Shown: one piece after another, positions 1 to 8,943 of the stretch
How the letters are laid out: every line of letters begins with the position of its first letter
Numbering within the stretch: the first letter of the stretch is position 1
NCBI GenBank assembly: GCA_001792345.1
Contig: MGGJ01000012.1
Coordinates: 6,091 to 70,090, forward strand
DNA: 64,000 bases
Origin: Candidatus Woesebacteria bacterium RIFCSPHIGHO2_01_FULL_39_32
Lineage (GTDB): Bacteria > Patescibacteriota > Microgenomatia > UBA8517
Direction of reading: 5' to 3'
Notes under the pieces: model-generated
What the model was told of the DNA's origin: nothing
The model's input: only the letters and a program-made list of their open reading frames with translations
Database searches by the model: none
Position numbers and translations under genes: made by a program

Positions 1-458
1 TTATTGTTCCCGAGGGTATTAAGCCCGTAGAGCGCGCTCCAACTGCAAGACCTAGAATCCGTCAACTTACGCCTGATGCTGGTACAGTGGTTGCTTCAGG
101 GGCTTTTGTCTGGCCTACAAGCGGGCAAATTTCTCAAGGATTTGCTTGGTATCACAAAGGAGTAGATATCGCTAATAGATCGGCCCCTGATATTTTAGCT
201 GCAGATTCCGGAACGGTTGTGGTTGCAGGTTGGCCAGATAACTATGGATACGGCAATAGGGTTATCATAGATCATGGAAACGGTTACAAAACCTTGTACG
301 GACATTTATCAAAGATTTATGTAGTTTCAGGACAAACCGTATCTCGTGGTTCGGCTATCGGTAAGATGGGTTCAACTGGTCGTTCAACTGGAAATCACCT
401 TCACTTTGAAGTTGTTAAAAATGGAACCTACATTAGTCCTCTAACAGTCCTTCGATAA
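1..458 (+). CDS. M23/LytM-family metallopeptidase (5'-partial; frame open from window start)
   Basis: Frame 3 is open from nt 3 with no upstream stop, so the gene starts outside the window. Motifs HGNGYKTLYGHLS and GSTGRSTGNHLHFEV (the HxH motif) are typical of M23 peptidases. Confidence 0.8.
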   Translation, partial: IVPEGIKPVERAPTARPRIRQLTPDAGTVVASGAFVWPTSGQISQGFAWYHKGVDIANRSAPDILAADSGTVVVAGWPDNYGYGNRVIIDHGNGYKTLYGHLSKIYVVSGQTVSRGSAIGKMGSTGRSTGNHLHFEVVKNGTYISPLTVLR

Positions 459-535
459 ATTCTACTTAAAACTTTTCTTTGAAATTTAGATATCATTCGA
501 CATATACGATATACTTCATACTAAATACAAATTTC

Positions 536-606
536 GGGCCGTTAGTACAGTGGTAATATACACCCTTCGCATGGGTGAGACATCGGTTCGATTCCGATAC
601 GGTCCA
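536..606 (+). tRNA. tRNA-Ala (anticodon CGC)
   Basis: Cloverleaf: acceptor GGGCCGT/ACGGTCC with the G3:U70 wobble pair (the Ala identity element). Anticodon stem CACCC/GGGTG with loop TTCGCAT gives anticodon CGC. T-arm GGTTCGATTCC. CCA is not encoded. Confidence 0.75.
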
Positions 607-634
607 CACGTCAGAAATCGACTTTTCCGCTTCA

Positions 635-652
635 TTCCGATTTTCATCGGAA
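635..652 (+). terminator. Hairpin downstream of tRNA (TTCCGAT-tttc-ATCGGAA) followed by a T-containing stretch; possible tRNA transcript terminator
   Basis: 7-bp perfect inverted repeat with 4-nt loop, read directly from the sequence. Confidence 0.25.
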
Positions 653-776
653 TTTCGCTCATCAGTCGTTTCTTCCTCTCAAAATTGCAAAGCGATTTTG
701 TAATAATACGTAATTCATAATATTTAATGATATATAAAGATATAATTTGTAATTCTTATTGATATTTAGGTAGTAT

Positions 777-1316
777 TCAGGGAACTGGGGAAAGAATTGT
801 TTGAGAGGATCTCCAAAATAAAAAGATAATAATACTTAAAATTGCTACAACAATTATTGTAATGATTATCAGCTTCGTTTTTTTGTCAATTTCTAATTTT
901 TGAGCTTCTCTAACTGGAGGAACTTGAGTTGGTTGATTTGCTGGTTGTAATATACTTGTTTCTAAAGCCATACTATCTCTCGCGACTCTTACCACAGGTG
1001 TTTCAGGAATATTTATTTCGCGAACCGGTCTATCTATTATTTTAAAATTCTCTTTTCTATCAATGAGTGAAATTTCTGATGGTTCTTGGAGTATCTTTTC
1101 TTCTATCTTTCTAATTCTAGGATGTGTTTCGGAAGCTCGTTCATATTTTCTTCCAAAAACAGAATCCAGATCATTCTTCTTAAAATATCTATGACCTCCC
1201 GGAGAGCGATAGGATTCAAGTTTTCTTTTTTTCTCCCATCGCCTCAAAGTATCTATTGAAACTCCTAGATATTCAGATGCTTGACCTATTGTCATTAAGT
1301 CGAGTTTGTCTGGCAT
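777..1316 (-). CDS. Membrane-anchored DNA-binding protein: N-terminal excisionase/MerR-like HTH (HTH_17-like), linker, C-terminal TM helix
   Basis: N-terminus MTIGQASEYLGVSIDTLRRWEKKRKLESYRSPGGHRYF is an excisionase-family HTH. C-terminus KLIIITIIVVAILSIIIFLFW is a TM helix. It is a paralog of the N-terminus of the 2526-aa giant protein (47714..55294). Confidence 0.6.
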   Translation of the reverse strand: MPDKLDLMTIGQASEYLGVSIDTLRRWEKKRKLESYRSPGGHRYFKKNDLDSVFGRKYERASETHPRIRKIEEKILQEPSEISLIDRKENFKIIDRPVREINIPETPVVRVARDSMALETSILQPANQPTQVPPVREAQKLEIDKKTKLIIITIIVVAILSIIIFLFWRSSQTILSPVP

Positions 1317-1375
1317 ATAAATATGGCAAGAATACCTTATTTTGCATATATTTGTAAAGATTTAGCGAACGAAAT

Positions 1376-1666
1376 TTGGTACAATTAAATAAATTTATGA
1401 GAGGAAATAAACACACAATCCTTCACAGGGTGGTTATGATTTCCTACACTGTGTTATTTAATGTCATCGAAATGATTATCTGTTTATTTATAACTTTCTT
1501 AGGATTTTATTTTTACAAATCAACTAATTATCCTTTTAGACTAATATTTGCAATTCCCTTTATCTTTTTAGGATTAGGAATTGCAATTCACAGCATTATA
1601 AATGTTTACCTTGTCATCTTTTCACAAAAGTATAATAGTGGAATTTGTATTTTCTGCCGAGATTAA
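1376..1666 (+). CDS. Small hypothetical membrane protein (2 predicted TM)
   Basis: ORF with two hydrophobic segments, divergent from the HTH gene. No recognisable domain. Confidence 0.3.
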   Translation: MVQLNKFMRGNKHTILHRVVMISYTVLFNVIEMIICLFITFLGFYFYKSTNYPFRLIFAIPFIFLGLGIAIHSIINVYLVIFSQKYNSGICIFCRD

Positions 1667-2081
1667 GGTATAATTCTTCACTTTTAAAATTGATCTATTT
1701 TGTGCTATTGACTACTTTATTTTCATCGATTAAAAAGTAGTTGACTCCTTGCGACTGCCCCGTAAGAGAATGAGTTGATACTGCCCAAATTACTGATATG
1801 TTATTGTGGGCAATATTTACATTAGGATTCCTCTTTGGGGTTTTTCTGGCACTTTCCGTTTTTCTAAAAAAGGACATAGTTGAAGGAAGCTATAATGAGA
1901 AGTTTGTATCATTGAAATCCGAATCGACCGATCCCTGGTTTATCCATAAGAATTTGATTAGAGTAAATACCATCGCAAGAAAAGTCTCGAGAACTGACAG
2001 ACCGGGTACATTAATTGCGGAAACTCCGGATATCAAACCCGCTCTTGGTGTTTCTACATAAATTGAGATACAATTTTTAGA

Positions 2082-3890
2082 ATGTATCCGAGTCAAACTT
2101 CGTTGATTCCTGTTATAGTTTCTTTATCTAAATTCTTTATAGAAAATGGTTTTACATCAATACATAGGTGGTATCCATATTGGTATTTAGGCGTACCTTT
2201 TAGGTATTTAACCGGACCTGTTGTACCGCTATCAGTTTATCTATTAGATAGTGTTTTTACTCATACCTCACTATTTACAATAATTATTTATCTAACTCTT
2301 GCTAGTTTGTTAACCGGAATTGTAGGTTGGGCGATTTTAATTAACAAAATAAATAAAGGAAGGATGTTAGGTTTTGTTTTTGCTTTAATTTATGCAATAA
2401 TGCCGTGGAAATATTTTCAGGCATTTTACCTGGACGAGGCTTCATTTGTAATCGCAAGAAATTTTCTTCCCTTTTGTTTAATTTTAGTGTGGAATTTGTT
2501 GGGACGGAATAAAGCTAAAGAATTTATTTTTGCTTCCTTTAGTATTTCATTTTTGTTTCTAATTAACACAAGCATACTACCAATATTGATTGTCGGTTTA
2601 GTAACCGTCACTCTCGCAAAAAGTTTTGAAAAAAGTAGGATAAAGGGTTTGTTAGTTCAGCTTAAACTTCTGTCTTTTCTGGTCGTATCAAGCTTATTAT
2701 TAGTTACTTTCGTTTGGTATACGCCGAATTATTGGTGGACGATTTTAACCAACCCATCATTGGGTGGAAACCCGGTATATAGAGTAATCTATCAGCTTTT
2801 CAACTCACTCAGATTCGCTTTACCAATTTTTGTTGCTGTTTTTGTAGTCTACTTCAATTATAAATTTAAAGAAAAATTGAAAATATTTACATTAGTTTGG
2901 CTGGCTGTTTTTATCTTTTTGACAGTTTATAGAATGCTTCAGGATATTGATTTTTGGATGGATTGGACTAGCTGGTTTTTTGAAATAGAAATCGGTGTTA
3001 CATTAATTTTATCAATTTCGATTTATCCCATATTGAAAAGATTTATTTATAGGAATTTCAAATTAATTAAGGAGTCACAAATAGCAGATGATAAGACTAG
3101 CAATTTATCAATGAGACTTAATAAGTACTACCTACTTCTTATTTTAATTTTTTTACTTCCCTTTTACTTTGTTTGGCGGATTCACAAACTAGTGGGGACA
3201 CAAGAAGTATTTACAAATAAACCTCCTGAAATTATCAAAAGCGTCGAAAAGCTTTCCGAACTTGCGGGCGGTGAAAGAGTATTTATTTCGGGGTCAGGAG
3301 TTTTTTGGGCGAACTCTCTATATAATTTGAATCAGGTGCGGGGTGGGGTGGATAAGGTAAGCATCCACCCACTTTGGCAGCATGGTGCATATCAAATAAG
3401 AGAAGGAAATGACTCAGAACTTACCCGCTTATGGTTAAAAAGTTTGGGAGTAGAGTGGGTTTTGGTACACGGTGGAAGGTCTTCCGACTATTTTAAAGAT
3501 TTTAGTAATTTAGACAAATGGGATAAAGTGGGAGAGATGGCATGGGAAGGAAACGGGGATAGAATTTATAAAATAGTGGATTCAGGTTTGGTTTGGGGAG
3601 GTAATATTACTTTGAATCAATTACCTATAGCCCCACAGAGAGGGGATGATCTTAATGGACTTCAGCAATATATTCGTTTATTGGAGGAGAAATTACCTTA
3701 TGAATACAGTAATGCAAGAATTGAAATAGCAGATGTTTCAGATTTTGAGTTTATAATTGTACTTATCACCTTTGACAAAGGTTGGGAAGCATTTAACGAA
3801 AAAGGAAATAAATTGAATGTATTAAGAGATTCCTTCGGACACATGATAGTTGAAACGCTTAATTCTCAGAAGATATTCCTTCACTATTAA
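2082..3890 (+). CDS. Polytopic membrane protein with C-terminal soluble domain; putative GT-C-type glycosyltransferase
   Basis: About 12 hydrophobic segments in the first ~400 aa, then a hydrophilic ~200-aa domain. The N-terminal region resembles that of 9508..10827. Confidence 0.55.
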   Translation: MYPSQTSLIPVIVSLSKFFIENGFTSIHRWYPYWYLGVPFRYLTGPVVPLSVYLLDSVFTHTSLFTIIIYLTLASLLTGIVGWAILINKINKGRMLGFVFALIYAIMPWKYFQAFYLDEASFVIARNFLPFCLILVWNLLGRNKAKEFIFASFSISFLFLINTSILPILIVGLVTVTLAKSFEKSRIKGLLVQLKLLSFLVVSSLLLVTFVWYTPNYWWTILTNPSLGGNPVYRVIYQLFNSLRFALPIFVAVFVVYFNYKFKEKLKIFTLVWLAVFIFLTVYRMLQDIDFWMDWTSWFFEIEIGVTLILSISIYPILKRFIYRNFKLIKESQIADDKTSNLSMRLNKYYLLLILIFLLPFYFVWRIHKLVGTQEVFTNKPPEIIKSVEKLSELAGGERVFISGSGVFWANSLYNLNQVRGGVDKVSIHPLWQHGAYQIREGNDSELTRLWLKSLGVEWVLVHGGRSSDYFKDFSNLDKWDKVGEMAWEGNGDRIYKIVDSGLVWGGNITLNQLPIAPQRGDDLNGLQQYIRLLEEKLPYEYSNARIEIADVSDFEFIIVLITFDKGWEAFNEKGNKLNVLRDSFGHMIVETLNSQKIFLHY

Positions 3891-4239
3891 CTTCTACCTT
3901 TTTTCAGAACGTTTGCTGAACGATTTAGCCTTCAATAAGATATCAATAAAAAGTCTGAGTAACTTATAATATAGGACGTACTCCGAAAAAATATAAAGAC
4001 AATTCCATTAAATTAGAACAATTATTTTATCCTAAATTAATCTCTATTATTCGGACACATATTCAAAGTATAGAACATTAGTCACATTATAAAGGATGCA
4101 ATAATCCTCTTACTATGTAATCATTTATAAAGTTATCAAAATACACTTCGATAGCTAGCGAGGGGGGTGGAAGAATTATAAATTTTTATTTTTTCTTATC
4201 GTCTTTTTTAGATTAAGGCTAAGATAATACAAAACACCA

Positions 4240-4270
4240 TTGACAAACGTTACCCATTTAATGTTAACAT
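4240..4270 (+). promoter_or_regulatory. Candidate sigma70-like promoter (TTGACA ... TAACAT) ~85 bp upstream of the 1529-aa fusion gene
   Basis: TTGACA at 4240-4245 and an AT-rich -10-like hexamer 17-19 nt downstream. Read by eye. Confidence 0.2.
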
Positions 4271-4352
4271 TAATAGCTGAAGCTATTTTTAAGCACATGA
4301 GTAAATAATTATGTAAACAGCTGTTTAAATCTATTTTTAATTAAACCTGCCC

Positions 4353-7300
4353 ATGAAGACAAAGTTAACTTCGGATAAAAGGTATGAATTAATTCAAAAA
4401 GCACTAAAGGGTGAACCTCTAAAATTGCTTTGCCAGGAATACGGTATTTCCACAGCTTTATTTAACAGATTGCTTCGGCGTTACGAACAATATGGTAAGA
4501 AAGGTTTGATTGCAGGGAAACCCGGAAGAAAAAGAAAATCAAGAGTTCCGAAGAAGATAGAATTCAGACCGCTTTCTCCGCATGAACGCTTACGAATTGT
4601 CGAAAACATTATAAATGAAGGCGAATCAGTTTCGGATGTTGCACGACAATATCAAACTTCAAGAAATACTATCTATAAATGGTTGAAAAGATACCGAGAA
4701 AGCAATAAAGAGAAAATATCGGCATTTGAGGACAAAATCCCCGAAGTTAGAAGATATTACCGCCAGTCTCCCGCCCTTTATCAGGATGCTGTTCTTTCTT
4801 TAGTCGCCAAACATCCCGAATTCGGCGTCAGAAAAATTGTATCTAATTTACCTCAAATAGGAGCTAAGCCGATTCTGGGTCACCATGGAGTTCAAAATAT
4901 TTTAAGAAGACAAGACCTTTCGACATATGAGCAAAGACTGGTTTACTCCCAAGCTAAAGAAACACCCGTAATCCGTGGAATTTCAGATTTGCTTACTTAT
5001 GTTGCGAGATTCTTTGCACTTCCATACGAGAGCAGAAGAAAAGTAATTCAAATCTTTTACACTTTTGCTTTTTCGGCGATTACAACAATTTTTATTTTAG
5101 GTTTAGGGAATTATATAGCCACTTCTTTTTCGAAGATTCCAGACGTAAATCCGATCGGTTACTTCTTTGCCACAATAGCTCTAGTCATGGGAGGATTATT
5201 CTTCCTTTACTCAATGAAGTATTTTCTGACTCTTGCTCTTGTTCTTTCGTATTCACAGACAGAGGCAAAAGGTGAAAGACAAGATCTAGGAGGTAAAAGA
5301 AATGGTTTTCTCTCCTGGATATTAGGATTAGGTAATGGAAACAATAATGGGATTTATCCAAACGCAAGATTGAGTCTGGAGAATGGAAAATCAGGTGTCA
5401 GCGGTCTTGAACCCAATCTTTCCCACATTAAACTAGATAGATACCCCTTCATATCAGTCCACATACCCTTATACAACGAAAAATATGTAGCCGAGCGTGT
5501 AGCCAAAGCAGTAACCAACTTTGAGTACGGATCAACCCACTCACCGCAAGACTATGAAGTAATCCTCTGTGACGATTCTACCGATGAAACAACGGCAATT
5601 ATCAGAAACTATATGGCAAAGCATCTTGCCAAAGGAGAACACTTACATACTATTGTTAACAAAGAAGAAGGTTGGGAACTAAGTAAAGTAGAGGTAAGAG
5701 CTGGAGTAACATTAAAACATTTACACCGTACTACAAGACAAGGTTTCAAGGGTGGCGCATTAAAACTGGCTCTTACCCTCTGTGACCCCCGTACAGAATT
5801 TGTAAGTATCTTTGACGCAGACTTTGTTCCATATCCGGATACCTTGGAGCTATTCCTAAAGTATTTCAAAGCAACAGCAGGAACCCTCGACTTCGCTCAG
5901 GACAAGGTGGCACTGAGGCAATCTAACATAGCGGCAGTCCAGGGATACCAATGGCACGTATTAAATAAATCCGAAAACTGGATCACAAGGGGAGTAAGAA
6001 GTGAATATGCAGGAAGCTATGTAATTGAGAGGAGTGGTCAGGAAATATACGGAGGTTTAAAACATATTTCAGGTGCAGTCTACCTTATCAGAAAAGACGT
6101 TTTAGATGAAGTAGGCTGGGAAACATCAATAACCGAAGATTATGAATTAACACTAAAACTATACGAGAAAGGTTACAAAGTAGTCTACACTCCTTATATC
6201 CAAGCACCGGCTGAGTGTGTCTCAACCCTTAAAAGACTCATCAGACAAAGAATGAGATGGGCAGAAGGCCACAGCCATAATGTGAGGAAGATGTTTGGTA
6301 GGTTAATGTTTGGACGTTGGGAAGAGATTGGTACTAATAATCCGGCCTTTGCAAATGATCGAATTACTAATTACTCTAATTATTCTAAACAAGCACCAAG
6401 CACCAATGACAAAATTGGAAAATTGGGTATTGGGAATTCTTTAGATCAATTAGAAATTAGAAATTTACAAAAGAAGTTCATTCCCTCTCCTCTTACTCTT
6501 TCTGAAAAACTAGAATTTGCCTACAATGCTCCTTACTACCTCCAAGCCTTCTTCTTCCTTATTGGTACCATCTCTTGGTTAATATCAGAAACTATATTCA
6601 AAACATCTCTACCATTCTGGAGTCAGCTTTGGGGATGGAGCCTAGTATTAACTAACATGCTAGCTTTACCTTTAATGAACTCAGTGGGCTTATTTTTGGA
6701 AGAGAGCGAGGAAAAAGACTATGGAGGCATATTATCATTTATTGTCCTATCCTACATTGTCGTACCCTTCCAAGCCTATGCATCAGTAAAAGGTTTTCTT
6801 GAACACGAAGAAGGAACATGGTTTAGAACTCCTAAAACAGGAAGGATTACAGACATCTTCACAAGAGGACGCTTCTACAGATTCATTTCTGGAATACTTC
6901 CAAGGCGTGCAGAACAAGTTGTCAACAGCCAGTTGTCAGTAGCCACTAACTATATTTCTTTAGCTACAGCAAATAACAGATTTGATAAAGGCGACATGAT
7001 AAGTAGTAATAAAACTAAGATCAGATGGGTTGGAAAAGTAACATTTGTTTTTTCTTTAATAGCAACCCTAATTACATATCAGACTGTGATTCTTGATTAC
7101 CAAGGAAGGTTGGAAGGACCTGCCAATATTTTAAATGGTAGACAAGCTAGTTTGTCAAGCAGCAAGAAAGTTTTTTCAAGTGCGGAAAATCCAAGATTCA
7201 CTCTGAGCTTAAAGAATAAAAAAGTGAAGAGTACATCAATATTTAGGAGATCTACAATCTATGCTGCACAGAAAGACAGCATAGATGTCGATGTATATTA

Positions 7301-8942
7301 TTTGGATCGAAGGGCTGATCTGCCGGTTGAAATTAAACGCAAAGATGACAATATTTATGATATTGAGATAGGAAATAAAGACAATCTTTCCCCTGGTGTT
7401 TACAACCTTGTTGTAAAAGGTACAACATTGGGTGATGAATTTGAAGTCGAAAAGAAATTTAGTTGGGGTGTTCTGGCATTTAACACTACTAAAAGTGTAT
7501 ATGAACCGGGTGAACGGATAAAAATGGGTGTTGGTGTTGTTGATGACGCAGGAAGAACTATATGTGATGCGAAGGTCAACCTGTTTATTACGGTTCCTTC
7601 GGAGGGAAAGACTTATGAACTTTCAACCAATAACGGATTGCTGCGTCAAAGCGGGGAATGTTTGCGGGATAGCATTACAAATAAGGCTGATTATGAGGCA
7701 GAGTTTACGGCCAGGAGTGTTGAGGAAACTTATTCAGTACTACTGGAAGCAGAAAGCTATAATGGTAAAAAATCGGTAGAAGAAAGCATAGTTATTCGTG
7801 ACAACTTACCCTTTATTGTTGAGAGGGTTTCTTATCCGACCAGAATTTACCCACCGGTAAGCTATCCTGTTAAATTAAAAATAGTAGCAAATCAAGATTT
7901 TGAAGGGAGTATTATCGAGAGTTTTCCGAATAGCGAGTTTGTGGTTTATGAAGTAGGGGAAGGCGGAGAAAGAAAAGAAAATAAAATTGTCTGGAAAGTC
8001 AATCTAAGAAAAGGCGAGACTTACGAGTTAGATTACACGCTTGGCTTTCCTATGATATCTCCCGCCTTTTATTTAATCGGGCCTCTAACTTTTGTCGAGA
8101 GCGAAAAGATGATTTTTAGGGAGGAAAAACCTTGGCAAGTGGCGGCTGATTCCATAACGTTTCAGGAACTTGATTCAGGTGTAATCGAAAGCTCTACCGC
8201 GACTATTACGTCCGTGACGACAGCCACCAATTCAACGGCAGTCAACAATCATTTATATTTAGCTGTAGTGACTACAAAAGGTAATAGATCAGTAGATAGT
8301 GTTTCGGGATTGGGTTTAAGCTGGAGCCTAGTTGATAGTCAGTGCGGAGACCGTCAACAGACTAATTTGGCAGTATTTAAAGCTCTCGGAAGCCCTTCGG
8401 GAGATGGTGCGGTTACAGCGAACTTAAACGGTGGTACAGCTTATTCCGGAGGGGCTACCATCGGAGTGTATCGTTATAGTGGCGTAGATATTGCAAGCCC
8501 GATCGGAAATACTGAAAAAGCAAATACGGGTGGTGTTGGGGCGTCGGCAGGAGTTTGTGATACTACAGGAACTGACACGAACAGTTACAGTTTTTCAACC
8601 CTTGATACGTCACAAGCCAACTCCATGGTTTTTTCTGCAGCCTCAAATCGTACTAGAACGCACACCGAAGGGACTAACTACAACGAACGGGGGGATTTTA
8701 GAACCGGAAGTTCAGGAGATTCAGCCGCCCAGGCAGTACAGGATCAAATTTTTGCCAGTCAAACAACAAACCTTACAGTAGACGGGACATGGAGCGGTGT
8801 TGTTGATTGGGCGGTTGTTGCAATCGAGATTAAAACACCCGAAAACTTACTGCTTTTGACCTTGCTTTCGCCGGTTTTGTTCATAAAACTTAAGTCTATA
8901 AAAAAGAGGAAAAAAGGATTGAAAAAATCAAAAAAGGACTAA
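4353..8942 (+). CDS. Multidomain fusion: N-terminal double HTH (transposase/sigma-like), TM, processive family-2 glycosyltransferase (D, DxD, ED, QxxRW), TM bundle, ~700-aa extracellular domain, C-terminal hydrophobic+polybasic sorting-signal-like tail
   Basis: HTH: LLCQEYGISTALFNRLLRRY and SVSDVARQYQTSRNTIYKWLKRY. GT2: VHIPLYNE, ILCDDSTDET, FDADFVPYPD, QRMRWAEGH. C-terminus: IKTPENLLLLTLLSPVLFIKLKSIKKRKKGLKKSKKD. Confidence 0.75.
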   Translation: MKTKLTSDKRYELIQKALKGEPLKLLCQEYGISTALFNRLLRRYEQYGKKGLIAGKPGRKRKSRVPKKIEFRPLSPHERLRIVENIINEGESVSDVARQYQTSRNTIYKWLKRYRESNKEKISAFEDKIPEVRRYYRQSPALYQDAVLSLVAKHPEFGVRKIVSNLPQIGAKPILGHHGVQNILRRQDLSTYEQRLVYSQAKETPVIRGISDLLTYVARFFALPYESRRKVIQIFYTFAFSAITTIFILGLGNYIATSFSKIPDVNPIGYFFATIALVMGGLFFLYSMKYFLTLALVLSYSQTEAKGERQDLGGKRNGFLSWILGLGNGNNNGIYPNARLSLENGKSGVSGLEPNLSHIKLDRYPFISVHIPLYNEKYVAERVAKAVTNFEYGSTHSPQDYEVILCDDSTDETTAIIRNYMAKHLAKGEHLHTIVNKEEGWELSKVEVRAGVTLKHLHRTTRQGFKGGALKLALTLCDPRTEFVSIFDADFVPYPDTLELFLKYFKATAGTLDFAQDKVALRQSNIAAVQGYQWHVLNKSENWITRGVRSEYAGSYVIERSGQEIYGGLKHISGAVYLIRKDVLDEVGWETSITEDYELTLKLYEKGYKVVYTPYIQAPAECVSTLKRLIRQRMRWAEGHSHNVRKMFGRLMFGRWEEIGTNNPAFANDRITNYSNYSKQAPSTNDKIGKLGIGNSLDQLEIRNLQKKFIPSPLTLSEKLEFAYNAPYYLQAFFFLIGTISWLISETIFKTSLPFWSQLWGWSLVLTNMLALPLMNSVGLFLEESEEKDYGGILSFIVLSYIVVPFQAYASVKGFLEHEEGTWFRTPKTGRITDIFTRGRFYRFISGILPRRAEQVVNSQLSVATNYISLATANNRFDKGDMISSNKTKIRWVGKVTFVFSLIATLITYQTVILDYQGRLEGPANILNGRQASLSSSKKVFSSAENPRFTLSLKNKKVKSTSIFRRSTIYAAQKDSIDVDVYYLDRRADLPVEIKRKDDNIYDIEIGNKDNLSPGVYNLVVKGTTLGDEFEVEKKFSWGVLAFNTTKSVYEPGERIKMGVGVVDDAGRTICDAKVNLFITVPSEGKTYELSTNNGLLRQSGECLRDSITNKADYEAEFTARSVEETYSVLLEAESYNGKKSVEESIVIRDNLPFIVERVSYPTRIYPPVSYPVKLKIVANQDFEGSIIESFPNSEFVVYEVGEGGERKENKIVWKVNLRKGETYELDYTLGFPMISPAFYLIGPLTFVESEKMIFREEKPWQVAADSITFQELDSGVIESSTATITSVTTATNSTAVNNHLYLAVVTTKGNRSVDSVSGLGLSWSLVDSQCGDRQQTNLAVFKALGSPSGDGAVTANLNGGTAYSGGATIGVYRYSGVDIASPIGNTEKANTGGVGASAGVCDTTGTDTNSYSFSTLDTSQANSMVFSAASNRTRTHTEGTNYNERGDFRTGSSGDSAAQAVQDQIFASQTTNLTVDGTWSGVVDWAVVAIEIKTPENLLLLTLLSPVLFIKLKSIKKRKKGLKKSKKD

Positions 8943-8943
8943 T

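Noticed and set aside
536-1316. Integrative element inserted at tRNA-Ala with Xis-like gene
   Set aside because: No integrase and no att repeat were seen. The Xis-like HTH protein has a TM anchor and a paralog at the N-terminus of a structural giant, so it is more likely a host membrane regulator family.
1695-2096. Overlapping small ORFs 1695..1877(-), 1798..2061(+), 1890..2096(-)
   Set aside because: Mutually overlapping on both strands in a ~400-bp gap. None has a recognisable motif, and a real gene cannot be chosen among them from sequence alone.
4353-4750. IS630/IS3-like transposase suggested by the double HTH (GKPGRKRK between two HTH motifs)
   Set aside because: No DDE/RNase-H catalytic domain follows. 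The HTH is contiguous in one ORF with TM helices and a GT2 synthase. No terminal inverted repeats were noticed.
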